A stretch of DNA of 61,113 nucleotides, taken from contig CAYLND010000004.1 of NCBI GenBank assembly GCA_964384905.1, forward strand, positions 1 to 61,113. Reading direction: 5' to 3'. Both the position numbers and the translations under genes were made by a program. The stretch's first letter is position 1; the number at the start of each line of letters is the position of its first letter. Below the pieces are notes generated by a model, which worked only from the letters and a program-made list of their open reading frames with translations, made no database searches and was not told where the DNA came from. The DNA is from an uncultured Acidobacteriota bacterium (GTDB lineage: Bacteria > Acidobacteriota > Polarisedimenticolia > Gp22-AA2). Below, piece by piece: positions 37,969 through 47,222 of the stretch.

Positions 37969-39345
37969 ATGCGATGGGCACTCGTGGCGTTCCTGACCGT
38001 GGCGCTTGCGATCGGTCTCGCCGATGCGTCGCTCGCGGACGGCGGCAAGTCGCTGGACGCGGACCTGGCCGTGCTGCTGCAGCGAAACGGCTTCACGGGC
38101 CGGATCGAATCGACCTTCCGCGCGAAGCTGGGACGACCGATCGACCAGGCGCGCGCCGACCTCGGCCGGCTGCTCTGGTTCGACATCGTCGGCGGACTGA
38201 ACGGCGACAACACCTGCGGCGGCTGTCACTCGCCGACGAACGGATTCGGCGACACGCAGTCGATCGCCATCGGCATCGACAACAACCTGATCGTCGGGCC
38301 GCACCGCACCGGACCGCGCAACCAGAGACGGACCCCGCTCGCGATCAACACCGCGCTCTACCCGAACCTGATGTGGAACTCCCGGTTCGCGTCGCTGTCG
38401 GGAGACCCGTTCGACAACAGTGGCGGCTTCAGCTTTCCCCCGCCCGAAGGGCTGAGCCTCTCGTACCAGCCCCACCTCCTCGTGGCGCAGGCGTTCATTC
38501 CACCGACGGAGCGGGTCGAGGTCGCCGGCTTCGATTTCCCGGGCGACAATTTCGCCATCCGGACCGAGGTCCTCAGGAGGCTCAACGCCCTCGCTCCCTA
38601 CCGCAAGCTGTTCGGCCAGGTGTTCTCCGACGTCGCCGCGGGCGCCCCGATCGACTTCGATCACTTCGGCAAGGCAATCGCCGAGTTCGAATTCACCCTG
38701 ATCTTCGCCGATGCGCCGATCGATCAGTTCGCGCGCGGGTCGCGCAACGCCCTCACCGACAGGCAGAAGAGAGGCGCCCTGCTCTTCTTCGGGAAGGCGG
38801 GGTGCGTCCGGTGCCATGCCGTGTCGGGCGAGTCCAACGAGATGTTCAGCGATTTCCGGCAACACGTGATCGGGGTGCCGCAGATCGTGCCCTCGGTCGG
38901 GAACGTGACCTTCGACGGCCCCGGCGCCAACGAGGACTTCGGTCTCGAGCAGGTCACCGGCAACCTGGCCGACCGCTACATGTTCCGCACCACGCCGCTC
39001 CGGAACGCGGCGGTCATGCCGGCGTTCATGCACAACGGCGCCTTCCTGCGGCTGGACGACGCGATCCGCCATCATCTCGACCCGTACGCCTCCGCCCGCG
39101 CCTATTCGCCGGCCGGCCTCGCGCCCGACTTGAGGGGACCCACGGGGCCGATCGAGCCGGTCCTCGATCGAGTCGACCCCCTGCTCCGCTTGCCGCTCGT
39201 CCTGACCGACGCGGAGCTCGCCAGCCTGGTGGACTTCGTGCGGTACGGGCTCCTCGATCAGCGCGCCACGCCGCAGCGGCTGAAGACGCTGGTCCCGAGG
39301 GGCGTGCCGAGCGGTCTCCCGACGATGACGTTCGAGTTCCCTTGA
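37969..39345 (+). CDS. Exported di-heme cytochrome c peroxidase/MauG-family protein
   Basis: SD GAGGAG and a signal peptide; CGGCH and CVRCH; FRTTPLRN and FMHNG motifs. Confidence 0.88.
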   Translation: MRWALVAFLTVALAIGLADASLADGGKSLDADLAVLLQRNGFTGRIESTFRAKLGRPIDQARADLGRLLWFDIVGGLNGDNTCGGCHSPTNGFGDTQSIAIGIDNNLIVGPHRTGPRNQRRTPLAINTALYPNLMWNSRFASLSGDPFDNSGGFSFPPPEGLSLSYQPHLLVAQAFIPPTERVEVAGFDFPGDNFAIRTEVLRRLNALAPYRKLFGQVFSDVAAGAPIDFDHFGKAIAEFEFTLIFADAPIDQFARGSRNALTDRQKRGALLFFGKAGCVRCHAVSGESNEMFSDFRQHVIGVPQIVPSVGNVTFDGPGANEDFGLEQVTGNLADRYMFRTTPLRNAAVMPAFMHNGAFLRLDDAIRHHLDPYASARAYSPAGLAPDLRGPTGPIEPVLDRVDPLLRLPLVLTDAELASLVDFVRYGLLDQRATPQRLKTLVPRGVPSGLPTMTFEFP

Positions 39346-40541
39346 CGGGGCGCGGCGGGTCGCACGAACCCGCGCAGGACGGAATCGACCGGGCGCGTCT
39401 GCGGGCCGGCCGTCTCGCGCGGCTTCAGGAGGCGATGCGCTCCCAGGGCTTCGACGCCTGCCTGCTGTTCAACGAGCCGAACATCCGCTACGCGATCGGG
39501 GCCTCGGCGATGCCGATCTGGAGCAACACGACGTTCGTGCGCTGCGCTCTCGTTCCGGCGCAGGGGCGGCCGATCCTGTTCGAGCACCCGAACTCGATGC
39601 ACCTGTTCCGCGGCATCGAGGCCGAGGTCCATCCGATGCACGCGTGGGAGTTCTACGATGACACGGCGACGCACGCCGCGACCTTCGCGGCCGAGACCCG
39701 CTCCGCGATGCGCCGCCTCGGCGTCGCCGGTGACCGGCTGGCTCTGGACCGCCTCGGCACGCCCGGCTACCTCGCGCTCCAGAGCGCGGGCGTGACGCTG
39801 GTCGATTCCGCGCCGGTCACGGCAGCCGCCCGCGCGATCAAGACGCCGGAGGAGATCGCGCTGTTCGAGCTGAACGGCGCGATCCTGATGCGGATGCTGG
39901 CCGATTTCGAGCGGGCGATCGCGCCCGGGATCCGGGAGCGCGACCTGCTCGCGGTCCTCGCGGGCACGCTCTTGCGGCAGGGTGGCGAGCACCTCGCCAC
40001 GAGCACGGTCTGCTCCGGCCCGAACACGAACCCCTGGAGGGCCGAAACGACCGGCCGGGTCGTCGACGAAGGCGATCTGGTCTACGTCGACACCGACGCG
40101 GTCGGCGTGGAGGGGTATTTCTTCTGCGTCTCCCGAACCTTCCTGTGCGGCGGCCGCCCCGCGACCCCCGCGCAGGCGGACGCGTACCGGGTGGCGCACG
40201 ACTGGCTGCTCGCCTTGCGGGAGATGGTCCGGCCGGGGCTCACGTGCGGCGACCTGGCGGCGCGCGCGCCGCGGCTCCCCGCACGCTTCATGCCGCAGCG
40301 CTACGAGGTCATGATCCACAGCGCCGGGCTGGAGGAAGAGAGCCCGAGCGTCGCCTATCCCGGCGACCCGCAGCCCAACGGCGATTGCGTGCTGCGCGAG
40401 AACATGGTGCTGGTCGTGGAGCTGTACTGCGGCGAGACCGGAGGGCGGGACGGCGTGAAGCTCGGCGACCAGATCGTCGTCACGTCCGGGGAGCCCCGGC
40501 TCCTCGTGCCGTATCCTTATTGCGACGCGCTGCTCCGGTGA
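39342..40541 (+). CDS. M24 (pita-bread fold) protein resembling DMSP lyase DddP / Xaa-Pro peptidase family
   Basis: TTGA overlap; LFNEPNIRYA, SGPNTNPW, VDTDAVG, IHSAG, VVELY and GVKLGDQIVVT. Confidence 0.8.
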   Translation: MTGRGGSHEPAQDGIDRARLRAGRLARLQEAMRSQGFDACLLFNEPNIRYAIGASAMPIWSNTTFVRCALVPAQGRPILFEHPNSMHLFRGIEAEVHPMHAWEFYDDTATHAATFAAETRSAMRRLGVAGDRLALDRLGTPGYLALQSAGVTLVDSAPVTAAARAIKTPEEIALFELNGAILMRMLADFERAIAPGIRERDLLAVLAGTLLRQGGEHLATSTVCSGPNTNPWRAETTGRVVDEGDLVYVDTDAVGVEGYFFCVSRTFLCGGRPATPAQADAYRVAHDWLLALREMVRPGLTCGDLAARAPRLPARFMPQRYEVMIHSAGLEEESPSVAYPGDPQPNGDCVLRENMVLVVELYCGETGGRDGVKLGDQIVVTSGEPRLLVPYPYCDALLR

Positions 40542-41821
40542 AACCGTCCCCGTCCGGCGGCTACTCCGTCTACGTCCTCTGTCTCCTGACCTGCCTCAAT
40601 CTCCTGGATTATCTCGACCGGTACATCATCGCCTCGGTCCAGTCGCTGGTGCGCGTGGACTTCCCGATGACCGAGAGTCAGTACGGTCTGTTCGGGACGC
40701 TGTTCTTCCTCGTCTACCTGACGACCGCGCCGATCTTCGGCTACCTCGGCGATCGTTACCCGCGTCGCGGCATCCTGGCGCTGGGAGCGGCCCTGTGGAG
40801 TCTGGCGACCGCGGCGTCGGCGCTGGCCACCTCCTATGCCTGGCTTCTGGTCTCGCGCGGTCTGGTCGGGATAGGCGAAGCGTCCTTCGGCACGCTTTCG
40901 CCCCCCTTCCTGGCGGATCTCTTCCCCGCGCACAAACGCGGCCGGGTCATGGCGATCTTCTTCCTGACCATTCCGGCGGGCGCCGCCAGCGCCTACCTGA
41001 TCGTCCCGCTGCTCGGGGCGCACCACGGCTGGCGCTTCTTCTTCACCCTCGTCGGACTGCCCGGCCTGCTGCTGGCCGTCCCGATCATTTTCCTCGAGGA
41101 GCCGCCGCGAAGCGCCTCGGGCGCGGCGGGGCCCATGCCCGTGGCCGGGCCGGCATCGAGGTTCGTCGAGCTGATCAGGACGTATCGGGAGCTCATCCGC
41201 GCTCGCTCGTACCTGTTCACCAACCTGGGATACGCGGCGCTCACCTTCGCGCTCGGAGGGATGGCCTATTTCATGCCCCGCTACCTGGAGACGATCAAGG
41301 GGATGCCGGTGGAGGAAGCGAATCGCCTCACCGGCGGCATCGTCGCCGGGGCCGGGCTTCTCGGGACGCTGGCGGGCGGATTCGTCGGCGATCGGCTGAT
41401 GCGCCGGACGCGTCGCGCGTACCTTCTGTTCTCGGGACTGGGCGTGCTCGCGGCCATCCCGTTCGCGGTCGTGGCGATCATGTCGGGCGACCGGTCGACT
41501 TTCTCCGTATGCTTCGCGCTGGCGATCTTCTGCCTGTTCCTGAACACCGGCCCCCTCAACGCGGTCATCCTCGGCGTGACGCCGACGCAGCTGCGCGCCA
41601 GCGCGATCGCGGCCAACATCGTCATCATTCACATCCTGGGCGACGCGCCCTCGCCGTTCCTGATCGGGTGGGTCTCGGATCGCTCCAGCCTGCAGGGAGG
41701 GATCCTTCTGGCCGCTGCGGCGATGCTGGTCTCGGGAATCATCCTGCTGGCCGGCTCGCGGCATCTCCCGGGCGATCTGGATCGCGCCGCGGGGCGGCCG
41801 GCTGCCGCGCCGGCGCCCTAG
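40538..41821 (+). CDS. Spinster-like MFS transporter
   Basis: GTGA overlap; LNLLDYLDRYII, GYLGDRYPRR, RGLVGIGEASF and IHILGDAPSP motifs. Confidence 0.9.
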   Translation: MKPSPSGGYSVYVLCLLTCLNLLDYLDRYIIASVQSLVRVDFPMTESQYGLFGTLFFLVYLTTAPIFGYLGDRYPRRGILALGAALWSLATAASALATSYAWLLVSRGLVGIGEASFGTLSPPFLADLFPAHKRGRVMAIFFLTIPAGAASAYLIVPLLGAHHGWRFFFTLVGLPGLLLAVPIIFLEEPPRSASGAAGPMPVAGPASRFVELIRTYRELIRARSYLFTNLGYAALTFALGGMAYFMPRYLETIKGMPVEEANRLTGGIVAGAGLLGTLAGGFVGDRLMRRTRRAYLLFSGLGVLAAIPFAVVAIMSGDRSTFSVCFALAIFCLFLNTGPLNAVILGVTPTQLRASAIAANIVIIHILGDAPSPFLIGWVSDRSSLQGGILLAAAAMLVSGIILLAGSRHLPGDLDRAAGRPAAAPAP

Positions 41822-41831
41822 GAACCCGCGC

Positions 41832-41996
41832 CTAGTGTCGCGTCCCCGAAGTCTTGTTACGTTCGGCCGCCGCTGCCTCCCGGCCCGCGGCGTTGCTTCT
41901 CGGTCACATATTCCCGATATGCTCCCTCGTCGCGCCTTGCGGGCCGGGCGCATCGACGGCCTCGGCGTTAACAACACTTCGGAGACGCGACACTAG
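41832..41996. mobile_element. MITE / non-autonomous element with 28-bp terminal inverted repeats at a CTAG site
   Basis: The left arm ctagtgtcgcgtccccgaagtcttgtta (41832-41859) matches the reverse complement of 41969-41996 at 26/28; internal palindromes; no ORF. Confidence 0.8.
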
Positions 41997-44900
41997 ACCG
42001 CGGGCGCCAGGTCGACGGCCCGTTCGTCGCCCGTCTCGCGCGAGGGGGCGAGGGCGTGTCGGCGCGCCACGAGCACGTAGATCGACGGGACCACGAACAG
42101 CGTGAAGCCGGTGCCGATGATCATGCCCGTGACGAGCATCATGCCGATGCTGTTGCGGGCGCCGGCGCCGGGCCCGGTCGCGAACACCAGCGGCAGGTGG
42201 CCGACGACCGTCGCGGCCGTGGTCATGAGGACGGGACGCAGCCGCGTGCCGGCGGCCTCGATGATGGCCTGAAGCGGGGCCTTCCCCTGCTCCTGAAGCT
42301 TGTTGGCGAACTCGACGATCAGGATGCCGTTCTTCGAGACCAGCCCGACCAGGGTGATCAGGCCGACCTGGCTGTAGATGTTCAGCGTCGTCAGGCCGAG
42401 GTACGAGAACAGGAGCGCCCCTGACAGCGCCAGAGGCACCGAGCCGATCAGGATGACGAACGGATCGCGGAAGCTCTCGAACTGGGCCGCCAGGACGAGA
42501 TAGATCAGGATCGCCGAGAGGACGAAGACCCCGAGGAACTTCCTGCCTTCCGTCCGCAGCTGCCGCGACTCGCCGGCGTAATCGATGCTGTAGCCCTGCG
42601 GCAGAAGGGCGCTCGACTCGTTCTCGAGATAGGTCAGCGCGCGGTCGAGCGACACGCCGGGCGCGATGACCCCCTGGACGCGGACGGCGTTGAGCTGCTG
42701 GAACCGCTTCAACTCGCGGGGCTCCGTCGTGGTCCGCAGCGTGGCGAAGGTGGAGAGCGGCACCAGGCGGCCTCCCGGCCCGGTGACGTACATGTCCTTG
42801 AGCTGCTCGGGGGTGAGACGCTCCGACCTCTTGACCTGGGGGATGACCTTGTAGCTGCGGCCCTGGATGCTGAACCGGTTGACGTAGTTCCCGCCCAGGA
42901 GCGTCGACAGATCCGCGCCGGCCTGGCTCAAATCGACTCCCTGCGAGCGGACCTGGTCGCGATTGAACACGATCTCCGTCTGCGGCTGGTCGAACTTCAC
43001 GTCGACGTCCGCGTACATGAACAGGCCGCTGGCGTACGCCTTCTGGACGAGCTCGCCGGCGAGCGCGGCGATCTGGGCCGGCTCGGTGGTCGAGCCGATG
43101 ACGAACTCGACCGGGAACCCCTCGCCGCCGGGAAGCGGCGGCGGCGTCAGCGGGATGATGCGCAGCCCGGGGATCTTCGCGAGCGCGGCGGCCGCCTCCA
43201 CCTGGAGCTGCGCGGCGCTCTTCGTCCTCTCGCTCCACGGCTTCATGACCATCCCTCCGAACCCCGCGGTGTTCGAGGACACGACCTGGAAGGTGATGTC
43301 GGTTTCCGGGAACGACCCGAACACTTCGCCGACCTTGGTCGCGAACAGCTTCGTCTGGTCCAGCGTGGCGTTGGCCGCAGACTGGATGATGGCGAACACG
43401 AACCCCTGATCCTCGGTCGGCGCCAGCTCCTGCTGCGACTGCATGTAGAACGGGACGATGAGCGCCACGACGATCGCCCACAGGACCAGGACCACGGGCC
43501 GGTACTCCAGCGTTCCCGACAGGGCCCGCGTATACAGGGTGCGAATCCGCTCGAAGCCGCGATTGACCATGCCGGCGAAGCCCCTCTCGGTATCGCCGGA
43601 GTGCAGGAGCTTCGACCCCATCATCGGGGAGAGCGTGAGCGCCACGACGCCGGAAACGATGACCGCGCCCGCCAGCGTGAAGGCGAATTCCCGGAAGAGC
43701 GCTCCGGTGAGCCCCCCCTGGATGCCGACCGGCATGTAGACCGTGGCGAGGGTGATCGTCATGGCGATGATCGGACCGACCAGCTCGCGGGCGGCGTGCA
43801 GGGCGGCCTCGAATGGTCGCTGGCCCGATTGCAGGTGCCGCTCGACGTTCTCGACCATGACGATGGCGTCGTCGACCACCAGACCGACCGACAGAACGAT
43901 GGCGAGCAGCGTCAGCAGATTGATCGAGAAGCCGGCCACGAGCATCAGGAAGACCGCGCCGATGAGCGAGATCGGGATGGCGACCACCGGAATCAGCACG
44001 GCGCGCAGCGACCCGAGGAACAGATAGATCACCACGATGACGATCAGCAGCGTCTCGGAGAGGGTCTTCAGGACCTCCTTGATGGCGTGCTCGATGTACA
44101 CCGTCGAATCGTAGGCGATGGCCGCCTTGATGCCGGGCGGAAGCTGCGCCCGGATCTCCGGAATGAGGTCGCGCACGCGGCGGACCACCTCGAGCGAGTT
44201 GGCGGTGGGCAGCACCCAGACCCCCAGGAAGGTCGCGGTCTGGCCGCTGAACCGGACGTCGGCCTCGTAATTCTCCGCGCCCAGGACCACGTCGGCGATC
44301 TCCCCCAGCCGGACGATGACGCCGTTCTCCTCCTTGACGACGAGCTGCCGGAACTCGTCCGCCGTCTTCAGGTCGGTGTTGGCCACCAGGTTCACGGACA
44401 CCATGGAGCCCTTTGTCCGGCCGAGGGCGGAGAGATAGTTGTTGCGCGCCAGGGCGTCGCGCACGTCGGACGGCGAGATGCGCAGCGCCGCCATCTTGTC
44501 CGGCTTGAGCCAGATGCGCATGGCGAACGTGCGGCCCCCCAGGATGTCGGCGCGCTGCACGCCGCTGACGGCGCTCAGCTTCGGCTGGACCACGCGGGTC
44601 AGGTAGTCGGTGATCTGGTTCTCGTCGAGCGCGTCGGACGAGAAGCCGATGTACATGGCCGCGAACTCGTTGTCGGCGGTCTGCAGCTCGATCACCGGCG
44701 CCTCGGCCTCCGGAGGAAGCGTGTTGCGGACCTGCGCCACCTTCGCCTGGATCTGCGTCAAGGCGGCGTTGGTGTCGTAGTTCAGCTTCAGGTGCACGGT
44801 GATGGTGCTGATCCCCTGGGCGCTGGACGATTCGAGGAAATCGATGCCGTCGGCGCTGGCGATGACCCGCTCGAGCGGCGTGGTGATGAAGCCGCGCACC

Positions 44901-45073
44901 AGATCGGCCCCGGCGCCCACGTACACGGTCGACACGTTGATCACCGCGATGTCGCTGCGGGGGTACTGACGCACGGCGAGGGTGCGGATCGACTGCAGGC
45001 CGGCGATGAGGATGATCAGATTGACGACGACCGCGAGGACCGGACGCCGGATGAAGAGATCGGTGAGCTTCAT
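41993..45073 (-). CDS. RND efflux permease (AcrB/AcrD/AcrF family, MexW/MexI-like)
   Basis: FIRRPVLA, GLVVDDAIVMVEN, KNGILIVEFA and RLRPVLMTT motifs; 1026 aa. Confidence 0.95.
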   Translation of the reverse strand: MKLTDLFIRRPVLAVVVNLIILIAGLQSIRTLAVRQYPRSDIAVINVSTVYVGAGADLVRGFITTPLERVIASADGIDFLESSSAQGISTITVHLKLNYDTNAALTQIQAKVAQVRNTLPPEAEAPVIELQTADNEFAAMYIGFSSDALDENQITDYLTRVVQPKLSAVSGVQRADILGGRTFAMRIWLKPDKMAALRISPSDVRDALARNNYLSALGRTKGSMVSVNLVANTDLKTADEFRQLVVKEENGVIVRLGEIADVVLGAENYEADVRFSGQTATFLGVWVLPTANSLEVVRRVRDLIPEIRAQLPPGIKAAIAYDSTVYIEHAIKEVLKTLSETLLIVIVVIYLFLGSLRAVLIPVVAIPISLIGAVFLMLVAGFSINLLTLLAIVLSVGLVVDDAIVMVENVERHLQSGQRPFEAALHAARELVGPIIAMTITLATVYMPVGIQGGLTGALFREFAFTLAGAVIVSGVVALTLSPMMGSKLLHSGDTERGFAGMVNRGFERIRTLYTRALSGTLEYRPVVLVLWAIVVALIVPFYMQSQQELAPTEDQGFVFAIIQSAANATLDQTKLFATKVGEVFGSFPETDITFQVVSSNTAGFGGMVMKPWSERTKSAAQLQVEAAAALAKIPGLRIIPLTPPPLPGGEGFPVEFVIGSTTEPAQIAALAGELVQKAYASGLFMYADVDVKFDQPQTEIVFNRDQVRSQGVDLSQAGADLSTLLGGNYVNRFSIQGRSYKVIPQVKRSERLTPEQLKDMYVTGPGGRLVPLSTFATLRTTTEPRELKRFQQLNAVRVQGVIAPGVSLDRALTYLENESSALLPQGYSIDYAGESRQLRTEGRKFLGVFVLSAILIYLVLAAQFESFRDPFVILIGSVPLALSGALLFSYLGLTTLNIYSQVGLITLVGLVSKNGILIVEFANKLQEQGKAPLQAIIEAAGTRLRPVLMTTAATVVGHLPLVFATGPGAGARNSIGMMLVTGMIIGTGFTLFVVPSIYVLVARRHALAPSRETGDERAVDLAPAV

Positions 45074-46197
45074 CAGCTGTCCTCGGGCTTGGGCTGCGGA
45101 TTGTTGGGCGGCTGGACCTCGTTGTTCACCTGCACCGCGGCGCCGTTGCGCAGCTTGAAGGCGCCCGAGGTGACGACCTCCGCCCCCGGCGCGATGCCCG
45201 AGACGACCGCGATCTGATCGCCCCGCGCGCCGCCCAGCTTGACGAACTGCTGGCGCACCCCGCGATATGTTTTGCCGTCCGGCGATTTCATGTCCTCGAC
45301 GATGAACACCGAGTCGCCGTAGGGAGCGTAGCTGATGGCGGAAGCGGGCAGCGCCACGACCTGGTCCCTGGTCTCGAGGGTGACGCTCGCGGTGACGAAC
45401 ATCCCGGGGCGCAGCCGCGCCTTGCCGTTCTCGAACGTCGCCTGCACCCGCGCGTTGCGCGTCGATTCGTCGACGATCGAGTCGATCGCCGAGAGGCGCC
45501 CGACGGCCTCGGCGCCCGGCACGCCCTCGGCGGCCACGCGCACCTCGGCCCCCGGCTTCAGGCGTCCGATCTCCTGCTGCGGCACGTCGAAGTTGACGTA
45601 GATCGGATCGAGGGACTGCAGCGGCACCACGGGGTCGCCGCTCTTCAGGTACTGGCCGAGATTGACCTGGCGGATCCCGAGGATGCCGCCGAACGGCGCC
45701 CGGATCGTCTTGCGGTCGATGCTCGCCTTGATCTCGCCGACGCTCCCCTGCGCCTGCCGGTTCTCCGCGTCGGCGCTGTCGAAGTCGGCCTGCGAGGTGA
45801 CGCCCTCGCCGCGCAGCCCGCGGACGCGCTCGAGATTCAGCCGCGTGAGCTCGAGCCTGGCCTCGGCCGCCGCCAGCTGCGCCTGCTCCTGACGCGTGTC
45901 GAGCTGGACGAGGAGCGTGCCGCCGGCGACCCGGTCACCAGAGGCAAAGGCAATCTTCTGGACCACGCCCGGCAAGTCGGCGCTCACGGTCACGCCGTTG
46001 ACCGCCGCCACCGTCCCGATGGCGCTGAGGCTCCGCTGCCATTCCTCCTGACGGGCGATGATCGTGGTGACCGCCTCGGGCGGCGGCTGGTACCCCCCGC
46101 CCCCCATCGCGGCCTGGGTCCGCCGGAACTTCACGAAGCCGATGAGAGAAAGCAGCGCCGCCATCGTGACCAGCATGACGACCATTCGCCTGACCAT
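45073..46197 (-). CDS. RND periplasmic adaptor (membrane fusion protein)
   Basis: N-terminal TM, lipoyl-like halves (GVVQKIAFASG; IRAPFGG) and LRPGMFV; TGATG overlap with the RND gene. Confidence 0.93.
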   Translation of the reverse strand: MVRRMVVMLVTMAALLSLIGFVKFRRTQAAMGGGGYQPPPEAVTTIIARQEEWQRSLSAIGTVAAVNGVTVSADLPGVVQKIAFASGDRVAGGTLLVQLDTRQEQAQLAAAEARLELTRLNLERVRGLRGEGVTSQADFDSADAENRQAQGSVGEIKASIDRKTIRAPFGGILGIRQVNLGQYLKSGDPVVPLQSLDPIYVNFDVPQQEIGRLKPGAEVRVAAEGVPGAEAVGRLSAIDSIVDESTRNARVQATFENGKARLRPGMFVTASVTLETRDQVVALPASAISYAPYGDSVFIVEDMKSPDGKTYRGVRQQFVKLGGARGDQIAVVSGIAPGAEVVTSGAFKLRNGAAVQVNNEVQPPNNPQPKPEDS

Positions 46198-46346
46198 CAG
46201 GATGCGTCTCCGTGAGAGACGCCGCTCGTAGACTCCGAGCCGGCGCCCCCGAGAGTGCGAGCGGGTGCAGTGGCCCACCCGGCCTGTCCGTTGACTCGCC
46301 TATTGTACAGGAGCGGGCGCCCCGCCGAGGAGGAGGAAACGGGGCC

Positions 46347-46964
46347 TCAGCGCGGCTTGGCGCGATGCCTCTCCAGCTCGGGCTTGACGATTCTCTCGTA
46401 GCACTCAGGGCAGATGCTGTGGCTGAACTGGGCCTCCGAGTGCCGTCCGATGTACGCCTCGACCTGCTGCCAGTAGTTCGTATCATCCCGCACCTTCTTG
46501 CAGTACGAGCAGATCGGCAGAAGCCCGCTGAGCTGCTTCACTCGCGCCATCGCGTCCTCGAGGTCGCGCACCCGATTCGCGAGCAGGCTTTGCAGCTCGA
46601 TCATCCGCACGCCGACCGCGAGCCGGGCCCTCAGCTCGTCGTGGTCGAACGGCTTGGTGACGTAGTCGTTCGCGCCGGCGTCGAGACCCTCCACGATGTC
46701 CTCTCTCCGATCCTTACCGGTGAGGAGAATGACGTAGACCGCCTCGGCCCCGGGTGATTTCCGCAGCCTGCGGCAGATCTCCGGCCCGTCGACGCCCGGC
46801 ATCATCCAATCCAGGATCGCCAGGCGGGGCGCGTCCTGTCCCTGCAGGCCCTGCCAGGCCTGGGTGCCGTCCGTGCATTCCACGACCTCGTGCCCCCAGG
46901 CGGAAAGAGCCGCCTTGAGGACGACGCGGACGGTGTCGTTATCCTCCGCCACCAGGATTTTCAT
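46347..46964 (-). CDS. Response regulator (REC + Cys/His-rich C-terminal domain)
   Basis: LVAEDN, ILDWMMP, LTGK and YVTKPF; C-terminal LPICSYCKK...SHSICPEC. Confidence 0.92.
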   Translation of the reverse strand: MKILVAEDNDTVRVVLKAALSAWGHEVVECTDGTQAWQGLQGQDAPRLAILDWMMPGVDGPEICRRLRKSPGAEAVYVILLTGKDRREDIVEGLDAGANDYVTKPFDHDELRARLAVGVRMIELQSLLANRVRDLEDAMARVKQLSGLLPICSYCKKVRDDTNYWQQVEAYIGRHSEAQFSHSICPECYERIVKPELERHRAKPR

Positions 46965-47005
46965 GAGCCGCTCCGATTCCTCACGCGAGTTCAGGCGGCC
47001 ATCCT

Positions 47006-47083
47006 ATGACGAAATGGGGCTTCCGGCGCTCGGATCTCACGATTGAGATCGGGGCGCGCGGCTGCGCGCCACTCTTTCGTCAT
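47006..47083. other. Intergenic multi-stem structure (candidate cis-regulatory RNA or sRNA)
   Basis: A closing stem atgacgaaa/tttcgtcat (9 bp) encloses two 7-bp hairpins (47033-47050 and 47053-47070). Confidence 0.35.
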
Positions 47084-47222
47084 CCGCTTGATCGGTCCGC
47101 CTCTGGTTCCTAGGTTTACGCCCGTGCAGCAGGAAGGGAGGTGCCGCTTCGTTGTGCGCCCCGGGAACTCTGGCGTCCCGGGCATGAAACCGATTTCAAA
47201 CCACGAAAGGAGAACACACGTC

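Noticed and set aside
34882-39075. 1397-aa minus-strand ORF and similar long Arg/Gly/Pro-rich ORFs (e.g. 6215..8332, 15518..18259, 52387..54879)
   Set aside because: These are alternative-frame or antisense shadows of recognisable genes, expected at this GC content; they carry no motifs.
47001-47090. Hammerhead ribozyme or SRP RNA (atgacgaaa and ggaag motifs)
   Set aside because: There is no CUGAnGA core with stem II before GAAA, and the SRP domain IV motif is absent.
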